A stretch of DNA of 64,000 nt from a bacterium. Lineage in GTDB: Bacteria > Electryoneota > Electryoneia > Electryoneales > Electryoneaceae. This document shows, piece by piece, positions 9,494-17,196 of the stretch; position 1 is the first letter of the stretch, and every line of letters starts with the position of its first letter. The notes under the pieces were generated by a model, which saw only the letters and a list, made by a program, of their open reading frames with translations, ran no database searches and was not told the origin of the DNA. Position numbers and translations under genes: made by a program. Where the stretch lies: assembly GCA_963675295.2 (NCBI GenBank), contig CAXXKJ010000002.1, positions 1,344,001-1,408,000 of the forward strand, read 5' to 3'.

Positions 9494-10420
9494 TCAGGCC
9501 TCCTTCTTCTCGTCTTGTTTCACTTCACCCGTCCCAGCGGCCAGGTCAACCCAGGTCTTCTTGCCATCCGCGCCGATGTGTTCCGAAGCCCAGCTGACCG
9601 GCTGCGTCACGTTCTTCACGATATTCTGCTCCACCTTGCTGCCCTTGGTGTTAGGCTGATCCTCCCAGCGGATCGTGTGGTAGGTGAAGTACTTCGTGAA
9701 GAAGTGCGTCATGTGGGTGAACGGCAGGTAGATGAAGAACAGCAACACCACGGCGACGTTGAGATAGCCCGTTGTCGTGAACGCCGGAATCGGACTCGCG
9801 GTCAGGACACCGGCGTACAAACCGGTCACGCGTGAGATGTAGCCGTGGTCGGCGAACGCCCAGAGCACCGTCGAGGCGAAGATCGCGCCCAACAGGATGA
9901 TGTTGAAGTAGTGGCTCGGGGTCGCGTACTTGCTCATGTCCTTGTCGAACGCGCGCTTGAAGAACATCAGCACCGCGCCGATCACGCCCAGCCCGCCACC
10001 GATGAACGACAGCGTCCGGATCAGCCCGACCATCACATTGACCACCATACCCGACTGCGCGATACCAGCCAGCAGCAGAATGGTCAACAGCAGGATCAGC
10101 GCCATATTGCCGATCAACAGGTAGAGGCCGAAGTGCAACGCCCAGGAGGGGAACCACAGCCCGCGGTTGTGTTCCCAGACTCCTTTCAGCAGGAGGATTT
10201 CGGGGATCATGATACCCAGTTCCCCGAAATGGTTCTTGTCACGGGAATGCTCCCACCAATCCACTTGTTCGAACATGGATTTGCCGGGCCTTTCATGTGG
10301 CACCGGTTGCAATTCCCAACGCAAATGCATCGGCGTGCGCGCGATTTTCAGTCCCCGCGCGAAACAGGCCACCACGAAAATCAGCACCGACAGATAGACC
10401 AGTGCGTGCAACACACTCAT
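9494..10420 (-). CDS. DsrM/NarI-like membrane cytochrome b subunit
   Basis: About 5 hydrophobic helices, SWALHFGLY and PFTHMTHFF heme-ligand motifs; 2 nt from DsrK-like gene. Confidence 0.85.
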   Translation of the reverse strand: MSVLHALVYLSVLIFVVACFARGLKIARTPMHLRWELQPVPHERPGKSMFEQVDWWEHSRDKNHFGELGIMIPEILLLKGVWEHNRGLWFPSWALHFGLYLLIGNMALILLLTILLLAGIAQSGMVVNVMVGLIRTLSFIGGGLGVIGAVLMFFKRAFDKDMSKYATPSHYFNIILLGAIFASTVLWAFADHGYISRVTGLYAGVLTASPIPAFTTTGYLNVAVVLLFFIYLPFTHMTHFFTKYFTYHTIRWEDQPNTKGSKVEQNIVKNVTQPVSWASEHIGADGKKTWVDLAAGTGEVKQDEKKEA

Positions 10421-10968
10421 TCTTTGGTCTCCCCCAACTGAGTCTGTCCGTTTGTATCACGTTTTTGTTGTTGACGGCATTGGTTGAGCCGGGTCGCCAG
10501 CGGCGAATCGCTGCGGCCAAGCAGCAGGTCGAAGACGAGGCTCTTCAGGTCCTCGGTGCAGGTGGCGGCGGTACGGTAGACCTCGCACCGGCGGCATGTC
10601 TCTTCACCGCAGCAGCCTTCGTAATTCTGAATCACCCAGCAAGGCTCGTTGCGGCTTTCCTTGACCACGCCGCAGTTCGCTCGTTCCACCTCCGAGCAGC
10701 CCTTGAACTCCCAGCACGGCAGCAGTGCCCAGAGCCGGCGGATACCCTCGAGGGTCAACCCCTTGCGCTTGATCAGTTGCTGAATCATCCGCACACGTTC
10801 CAGATCCTCGGCTGAGAGCATGCGGTAGCCACCCCGTGTCCGGGCGTAATGGATCAACCCGGCGGCTTCGTACTTTCGCAGGGAAGAGTCAGAAAGTCCG
10901 GTGATCTGGGCGGCTTCGCCGATGGTGATCACCGGATCAAGCAGGTTGTCTTGTGAACCATGGTGCAT
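10417..10968 (-). CDS. MerR-family (HspR-like HTH) regulator with Cys-rich C-terminal domain (two CW motifs)
   Basis: TIGEAAQITGLS.SSLRKYE..GLI...RT.GGYR; C-terminal PCWEFKGC...C...PCW...CC...CRRCEVY; ATGA overlap with next gene; start chosen at ATG 10968. Confidence 0.85.
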   Translation of the reverse strand: MHHGSQDNLLDPVITIGEAAQITGLSDSSLRKYEAAGLIHYARTRGGYRMLSAEDLERVRMIQQLIKRKGLTLEGIRRLWALLPCWEFKGCSEVERANCGVVKESRNEPCWVIQNYEGCCGEETCRRCEVYRTAATCTEDLKSLVFDLLLGRSDSPLATRLNQCRQQQKRDTNGQTQLGETKE

Positions 10969-11009
10969 TTGACTGACGCCGAATACGTTGTCAGAAAACG
11001 GTTCGCCAC

Positions 11010-11054
11010 AGTATAGCGGCTGGGGTTGATGAAAGATCGTGCTGGAATTCACAA
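11010..11054 (-). promoter_or_regulatory. Putative promoter (-10 TATACT) with upstream CRP/FNR- or Rex-like site
   Basis: Minus strand TTGTGAATTCCAGCACGA (11054..11037) and TATACT (11015..11010). Confidence 0.4.
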
Positions 11055-11325
11055 AACCTGCACTGTGTCTTCCATCCCTTGGGAACGAAGCTACAATGGT
11101 TGGAATTCAAAATCAAGGCTTCGTGAACAGATTCTCTTATTTTGTCAAAATATTAGCCAATCCGAACAAATATTCCAAGCTGGAGATCGCGAAGTTCGAC
11201 CACGAAAATTTCTATTGGGCGGGTGGCTCGTTGCCATGATCACGCTTTGGTCGCTATGTTAGTTGTCGGGAGAACGGCAACCGTGTTCTCGCGTTTTCAC
11301 CCACACAGCTCAGGATGAGGAGAAG

Positions 11326-13284
11326 ATGAAAACGTTTGTACGGGTTTGGGCATTGGCGCTGCTATTGTTGCCATTGCTGGTATCGGCACAGCAATTGGGT
11401 GACACGTTGCACATTGGCCAGACCTGGGTCGATCAGCAGCACGAGCTTTCGTTCGAACGCATGTTTAACCTGAGCGAACCCCTCTTCGAAGAGCGGAAGG
11501 CCTACTTTGCCTGGACGTTAAAGGAGAACCAGGATTCGGACAGCCGTGTCCAGTACGCCGTCAGCGAGGTTGTCGATGGAAGCGTCGGTCATCCCTACCG
11601 CGACGACGGCCCGATTTACGGGCCGGTATCCTATGGTCCCACTGTCGTTGTCAGTGCGATCAATGGACCTGCGATTAACATCAACAGCGATCGTGGCGCG
11701 AGTGATCCGGATGATGTTCATGCGTCCGTCGTCACGTTCAATCCGTTCAGCGTAACCGAGACGTTCAATTCGTTCATCTTTCCGAGAGGTTCAACGGGAT
11801 CGTTTTCAGCTCGTACGGCAAGCCATCAAGCTGGCGAGGGATTGACGCTGCACAGTCTGTACTACCCGACGGTGGACGTCAATCCGTTTGAGATGGAACT
11901 CTACTACAACCGTGGGCGGATGGATGGACTCACCAACATCATCCTGAACACGACACCTGGTGAGTACCCCCGCAAGCGAGTCACAGACAAGGCAACCAAC
12001 CGCAGCGGCGTTGTGGCGGTTTCGCCCAACGGCAACCGGATCACGTTGGCACAGACTGTTTCCCGCTACCACACGCTTGGCGAAGGTGAACCGGGCAACC
12101 GGTACAACAACGACATCTACCTCTGGGTAGGCACTGACGCCGGCGCGGACTGGTCGATGGGGCTGGAGAACGCGGTGAACGTGACCAACTTCATCCCGAT
12201 CAACGAGAACATGTTGCCGGACACGGTCGCCGCCAACCAGGACACCTTCCGTGTCTACGGTGACATGGACATCATTTACGACGACAGCAACATCCTGCAT
12301 CTCGTATTTGTCGCAGTCGAATACCACCATTTCTCCGTGGACCAGACCCCACCACGTTGCCGTCTTTATTACTGGAACAACTCGGACCAGTACTTCATTA
12401 TGCTCGCGGATGGGTCATTCGCATTGGGTGCGGACACGCCACACCTGGAAGCCACGATCTGCAACCCGAACCTGTACTGGGATGATCGAAACGATCTGCT
12501 CTGGTGCTCGTGGGTGCAGTTTGGCGAGCCGGACGATTACGACGGCGAAAACGATCCTATTGACGCCTCCGACGATGGCTACAAAGCGTCGGATATCTAT
12601 GTGAGCGCGACGGAGGATCTCCGTCACTGGGCCTATGGCGTCAACATCACCAACACCCGGAACGACGGGACGCAGTTGGCACCGTACGAAACCGAAAGCG
12701 AGCGCGAGATGTCGCTGGCAAAGCGCTCGGATGCTGACCATCTATTCCTGTTCTACACGGTGGATTACGACCCGGGCATCAGCAGCCCGGGCGGCAACTT
12801 CTATGATTCGCCGGCGTCCCCCGAGGGCGAGCCAACGAACAATCACCAGGTTGTGCACTGGGTTGAAAAAGACCTGATCATCGACGAGTTCGACTTCATC
12901 GGGATTCCGCCGAACAACCACCCGATCGGACCGCGCAATTACCCGCTGCACATCGACAGCACCGGCTACTACAACACGCCGGTCGCGGAAACCGGCAGTG
13001 ATCAATCCCTGCTGCCGAACGGCTTCACGTTGGACTCGGTCTACCCGAACCCGTTCAACGGGACCGCGCGGATCGAGTTCACGTTGCCCGCGCCGGATCG
13101 TGTCGCGGTCAGCGTAGTGGACGTGCTCGGGCGTGAGGTGGTTCGTCTCAGTGACCGGGATTACGCCGCCGGGACGCACGCGTTGACATTCGACGGGTCC
13201 GATTTCGCCAGTGGGGTGTATTTCGTCCGCGCCGGGTCGAGGCAGTACGGCACGCGGGTGGAGAAGGTGGTGCTGTTGAAGTAG
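11326..13284 (+). CDS. Secreted protein of unknown function (probable beta-rich/propeller) with T9SS-type CTD
   Basis: GAGGAG RBS, signal peptide MKTFVRVWALALLLLPLLVSA, Asp-box-like GTDAGADW, VYPNPFNGT...FASGVYF...KVVLLK. Confidence 0.85.
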   Translation: MKTFVRVWALALLLLPLLVSAQQLGDTLHIGQTWVDQQHELSFERMFNLSEPLFEERKAYFAWTLKENQDSDSRVQYAVSEVVDGSVGHPYRDDGPIYGPVSYGPTVVVSAINGPAININSDRGASDPDDVHASVVTFNPFSVTETFNSFIFPRGSTGSFSARTASHQAGEGLTLHSLYYPTVDVNPFEMELYYNRGRMDGLTNIILNTTPGEYPRKRVTDKATNRSGVVAVSPNGNRITLAQTVSRYHTLGEGEPGNRYNNDIYLWVGTDAGADWSMGLENAVNVTNFIPINENMLPDTVAANQDTFRVYGDMDIIYDDSNILHLVFVAVEYHHFSVDQTPPRCRLYYWNNSDQYFIMLADGSFALGADTPHLEATICNPNLYWDDRNDLLWCSWVQFGEPDDYDGENDPIDASDDGYKASDIYVSATEDLRHWAYGVNITNTRNDGTQLAPYETESEREMSLAKRSDADHLFLFYTVDYDPGISSPGGNFYDSPASPEGEPTNNHQVVHWVEKDLIIDEFDFIGIPPNNHPIGPRNYPLHIDSTGYYNTPVAETGSDQSLLPNGFTLDSVYPNPFNGTARIEFTLPAPDRVAVSVVDVLGREVVRLSDRDYAAGTHALTFDGSDFASGVYFVRAGSRQYGTRVEKVVLLK

Positions 13285-13286
13285 CA

Positions 13287-13439
13287 ATAGATGCCAAAGA
13301 CGCAACTGACGCAAAAGACGTAACAGACGCAACTGACGCAACTGACGCAACTGACGTAACACACGCAACACACGTAACACACGTAACACACGTAACACAC
13401 GTAAAACACGCAACACACGTAAAACACGCAACTGACGCA
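13287..13439 (+). repeat. 17-unit degenerate 9-mer tandem array (AMWSACGYA)
   Basis: AAAGACGCA ACTGACGCA AAAGACGTA ACAGACGCA ... ACACACGTA ... in perfect 9-nt register starting 2 nt after stop codon. Confidence 0.95.
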
Positions 13440-13446
13440 TAAGTGA

Positions 13447-13480
13447 ACCGGGGACACTTTCTCCCGAAAGTGTCCCCGGT
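13447..13480. repeat. GGGGACA palindrome family copy 2 (perfect 15-bp stem; likely bidirectional terminator)
   Basis: ACCGGGGACACTTTC-TCCC-GAAAGTGTCCCCGGT between convergent genes. Confidence 0.9.
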
Positions 13481-13512
13481 GGTTTATTGCTAAAGTTTAA
13501 AACTGGTCAAGT

Positions 13513-13575
13513 GAAGTCTGTTATATCTTTTGCATCCGTTGCATCCGTTGCATCCGTTGCATCCGTTGCGTCTGT
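13513..13575 (-). repeat. 7-unit 9-mer array in 3' UTR of tricorn gene
   Basis: Minus strand ACAGACGCA (ACGGATGCA)x4 AAAGATATA ACAGACTTC. Confidence 0.9.
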
Positions 13576-13585
13576 TGCTGCTCAC

Positions 13586-16500
13586 TCACCTCGAAAACGG
13601 TCCCTTCTCCGGCATCGGCGGCAGTTCGCGCGGATCATCGGCGATACGGCGCAGCGTGTTCGCGATGGCGGCGTCCAGTTGCGGATCTTCGCCACGCATT
13701 TCGCTGCCCGGATCGTTGATGATGTACTCTTCCGCCGGGACACCCTTGCCTTCGATGATCCAGTTGCCGTCCAGCCCCCAGCCGCCGAACTCGGGGACGA
13801 TGGTCCAGCTGTTGTCCACCGCCGGCCGCCGGTTCCAGAGCCAGATCCAGCCGCCGTAGGTGCGCGTGCCGATCAGCACCCAGTCGTCCAGCAGCGTGGT
13901 GTTGTAGGCCATGGTTTCGCCGTCGGAGAACGTCGCGCCATTGATCAGCACCGACACGTGCCCGAAGTATGACCCGTGCGGCTTGGTCTGCCTGCCACCG
14001 TAGCGTGACGATTGCAATGCGAAGATCGGGCTGGTCATTTCCTTCATGATCAGTTCGGCGACATTCCCGCCGGAGTTGTAGCGATCGTCGAGGATCATCC
14101 CGGGCCGGCTCTTCTGCGGGTAGTAGTTCTTGCCAAACTCTTCCATGCCTTCGCTGGACATGTCGGGCAGGTAGACATAGCCGACCTTGCCGTCCGACTT
14201 GTCGTCGACATAGTCTCGCTTGTCTTTCGTCCACTGCAGGAAGCGGATGGTGCGTTCGCTGTTCAGCGCCGGCACGATCACCTCACGCGCATCGACGAAG
14301 GACGGCTTCTCGTTGAGCGTCAACGCGACTTCGTCGTGGCTCTGGTTCTGCAGCAGACGGTACATGTTGTCGTCCGCATGCAGCCGGCGCCCGTTGATCG
14401 CGAGCAGGTACGTTCCCGGCCCAGTCTGCGGATCGGAAAACGCAACAGGTGATGTTCCGCTGCGAGTGCCCGGTTCGGGGTTGAGCACGCGCGTGATACG
14501 GTAGCAGTCGTTGCGCGGATCGGGCTCGACGTCGACGCCGAGGTAGCCGACCGGGGCGGTTTCTGGACGGGGACGGTCGCCGCTGCCGACGAACGCATGG
14601 CCGACACGCAATTCCGCCGACATTTCGCGCATCAGGTCCTGCAGGTCCTGGCGGGTGGTGATGCGGTCGATCCACGGGCTGAAGCGCTCGAGCACACCGG
14701 CCCAGTCGATGTCATGCATATCCGGATCGTAGAAGAACTCGCGCTGCTTGCGCCACGCCTCGCGCAGGATCTGCGCCCACTCTTCGCGCGGGTTGGATTC
14801 GATGTCCCAGCCGTCGGTGTTGATCTGGCTGTCGCCGTCCATGGACAGCGAGGCGGATGCGGCGTCTCCATGATACCAGGATCCGTGCGCCCGCACGACA
14901 AGCGTCGAGCCGTCGCCAGAGATTTCGTAGCTGCTGATGCCGGACGCGACTTCGCTGGATTCCCGGTCGCCGAGGTCAAATGCGCGCAGGGTGCTGCCGG
15001 AATAGCCACGCAGATCGTTGCCGCCGATCCCGCCCTGCTGCCGTTCGATGAAGTACAGCTTGTCGCCCGCGACTTGCAGGCCGCTGTAGTTGCCGGGCAG
15101 TTCCGGGAGGCGGACCATGCGCTCGTTGATCCCGTCCCAGTCGATCACAATCGGCTCCACGGTGTCATCGTCGTCCACATCCTCGTCATCGTCGCCGGAA
15201 TCGTCATCCGGGGAGGGAATCCACGGCGCGTCCGGGATGCCGCTGTCGGCTTCGTCACCGCGTGCGATGAACGGGCTCGGTACATCCTCACGCAGCCGGA
15301 ACAGCGCCAGGGTGCCCATCCGGTCAAACAGGAACGTGCTGTGCGAATAGTTCTGGTATGGGTTGTAGTTGCGGTCGGTGACGCAGTACAGGTAGCGTCC
15401 GCTCGGGTCCCAAGCCGGCGCGTAGGTATTGAATCGGTTGTCGCCGAGGGTGTGGGTATCACCGGTCTCGAGATCGTACACCTCGAGATGCGCTTCTTCT
15501 TCTTCACCGACCTCACGCACGAACGCCAGGTAACGGCTGTCCGGCGACCACGTGTACTCGCTGAATTCCCAGCCGCCCTCGGAAACCTCGGTACGCTTCC
15601 CGGATTCCACGTTCACGATGTACAAAACTTGCTCGCCGGAATCGTAGGCGATCCACTTGCCATCCGGGGAGGGGGTGATGTTGTACTTCCAGTCGTTGAG
15701 CGGCTTGCTCTCGATCAGCTCAAGATCACCGTTCGGGTTGTCGAGTCGCACGATCCGGTCTTCGCCGGTTTCGTCGGTGATCAACACCAGGGTACCGTCG
15801 CCGTGGGGTAGAAAATGCGGCTGCTTCTCGCGGCTTCCGCTGCGGTAGGTCCACTGTCGAATGATCCCGTTCCCGTTCACCGGCAGCGTGAAGATGTCGC
15901 CGCGGCTGTCCACCGCCATGCGGCTGCCGTCCTCATTCAACCACCATGAATCGACGTAATCGTTCGGATCGATGAAGCGCTTGTTGGAGGTTACCAGGTC
16001 GCTCGGGACCAGCAGGTCGGGGACGCTGAGCTGTCCGCTGCCGATATCGAACACGGTCAGCTCGAGGCCGTGCAGGAAGACGATCTTGCCGTCATGCAGC
16101 TTCGGCGTGCGGGCGTCGAAGTCGGTGAACTCGGTCTCCGCACGGTTGTCCGATCCGTCCGGCAGCATCGAGAAGATGTTGTCGCGGCCGTTGAGGTCGG
16201 TGATGTAATAGATCCGGCCGTCGCTGTGCCACATCGGGTGGGATTCGTTCATCTCGGAATGGCTGATCAGCTCGAACTGAGCGTCGTCCGTCGTGCCCAC
16301 CCAGATCTTTTCCGCCCCGCCGCCGTGATACTGGTTCCACACCTGGAAGGCTCGCATCGGCTGTAATGCGACCCGTTCACCGTCCGGCTCGAACGCGATC
16401 TGCGCGCCCCGCAGATACGGCATCTGCTCCGGGAAACCGCCGTTGACGCTGACCGTGTACAGCTCCGGCGCGCGGTACGGCGGCACACGATCCGCCTCGA

Positions 16501-16930
16501 AGATGACGTCGCCGTCCGGTGTGAACCCGACAACCCTGTCGCTGGACCCGTGGTAGGTCAGCTGCTTCGGCTGGCCGCCGTTTGCCGGGATCACGTACAC
16601 GTCGTCGTTGCCGTAGTACTCGCCGGTAAACGCGATCCACTGGCCGTCCGGGCTGAACGCCGGGTAGCGTTCCTCTCCCATGTGTGAGGTCAGGCGGGTC
16701 GCCAGGCCGCCGTCGAGGTCCGCGATCATGATGTCGCCGGAACTGGAGAAGACCAGCGTGCTGCCGTGCAGGTCCGGGTCACGGAGATAGCCCTTCTCGC
16801 CGGCCAACGGGCCGTTGGGCTGCGCGCTAATGACGGCTGGCAGGGTTAACAGAACCGCGAGCATGAACAGGACGATGACGGTGGCCAGTTTCGACACCGT
16901 CGCGCGAGTGGCAGAGGTAGCACGTGGCAT
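13586..16930 (-). CDS. Tricorn protease homolog (S41 peptidase, beta-propellers + PDZ)
   Basis: N-terminal LRDPDLHG, PAFSPDGQWIAF propeller repeats, VGYVYLPDM, DDRYNSGG, TFSDGE (catalytic Ser), GTRTYGG, DPQLDAAI; about 1100 aa; start uncertain. Confidence 0.92.
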   Translation of the reverse strand: MPRATSATRATVSKLATVIVLFMLAVLLTLPAVISAQPNGPLAGEKGYLRDPDLHGSTLVFSSSGDIMIADLDGGLATRLTSHMGEERYPAFSPDGQWIAFTGEYYGNDDVYVIPANGGQPKQLTYHGSSDRVVGFTPDGDVIFEADRVPPYRAPELYTVSVNGGFPEQMPYLRGAQIAFEPDGERVALQPMRAFQVWNQYHGGGAEKIWVGTTDDAQFELISHSEMNESHPMWHSDGRIYYITDLNGRDNIFSMLPDGSDNRAETEFTDFDARTPKLHDGKIVFLHGLELTVFDIGSGQLSVPDLLVPSDLVTSNKRFIDPNDYVDSWWLNEDGSRMAVDSRGDIFTLPVNGNGIIRQWTYRSGSREKQPHFLPHGDGTLVLITDETGEDRIVRLDNPNGDLELIESKPLNDWKYNITPSPDGKWIAYDSGEQVLYIVNVESGKRTEVSEGGWEFSEYTWSPDSRYLAFVREVGEEEEAHLEVYDLETGDTHTLGDNRFNTYAPAWDPSGRYLYCVTDRNYNPYQNYSHSTFLFDRMGTLALFRLREDVPSPFIARGDEADSGIPDAPWIPSPDDDSGDDDEDVDDDDTVEPIVIDWDGINERMVRLPELPGNYSGLQVAGDKLYFIERQQGGIGGNDLRGYSGSTLRAFDLGDRESSEVASGISSYEISGDGSTLVVRAHGSWYHGDAASASLSMDGDSQINTDGWDIESNPREEWAQILREAWRKQREFFYDPDMHDIDWAGVLERFSPWIDRITTRQDLQDLMREMSAELRVGHAFVGSGDRPRPETAPVGYLGVDVEPDPRNDCYRITRVLNPEPGTRSGTSPVAFSDPQTGPGTYLLAINGRRLHADDNMYRLLQNQSHDEVALTLNEKPSFVDAREVIVPALNSERTIRFLQWTKDKRDYVDDKSDGKVGYVYLPDMSSEGMEEFGKNYYPQKSRPGMILDDRYNSGGNVAELIMKEMTSPIFALQSSRYGGRQTKPHGSYFGHVSVLINGATFSDGETMAYNTTLLDDWVLIGTRTYGGWIWLWNRRPAVDNSWTIVPEFGGWGLDGNWIIEGKGVPAEEYIINDPGSEMRGEDPQLDAAIANTLRRIADDPRELPPMPEKGPFSR

Positions 16931-17019
16931 GAGCAGCGCTCCTTCCCGGACTGGTTGACGTTGACGGTAGGACGGGGGAGTATAGGGCTGCGTTACGGTT
17001 TGAGCCAAGCACCGGCAAT

Positions 17020-17048
17020 AAAAAAGCCACGGACTGAAGCCCGTGGCT
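17020..17048 (-). terminator. Terminator of OPT gene (REP-like GCCACGGGCTTCAGTCCGTGGC hairpin)
   Basis: AGCCACGG/CCGTGGCT stem followed by T run on minus strand. Confidence 0.8.
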
Positions 17049-17071
17049 GAGGAGTCTGTTGTCGCGGTTCG

Positions 17072-17195
17072 CTGTATCTTTTCTTGCTGTTTCTATCTTT
17101 TCTTGCTGTTTCTATCTTTTACTTTCTTTTCCTATCTCTTCCTGTCTTTCACTTTCTGTTGCTTCTGTTGCTTCAGTTGCGTCTGTTGCAGGTTT
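17072..17195 (-). repeat. 9-mer to 10-mer tandem array in 3' UTR of OPT gene
   Basis: Minus strand ACAGACGCA ACTGAAGCA ACAGAAGCA ACAGAAAGTG AAAGACAGGA AGAGATAGGA AAAGAAAGTA AAAGATAGAA. Confidence 0.85.
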
Positions 17196-17196
17196 T

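Noticed and set aside
12742-13457. ORFs encoding (LRV)n and (CYV/CVS)n peptides
   Set aside because: Translations of the 9-mer array, antisense to a well-supported gene; no RBS or coding bias
13287-13575. CRISPR array
   Set aside because: Contiguous 9-mers with no unique spacers and no cas genes in the window
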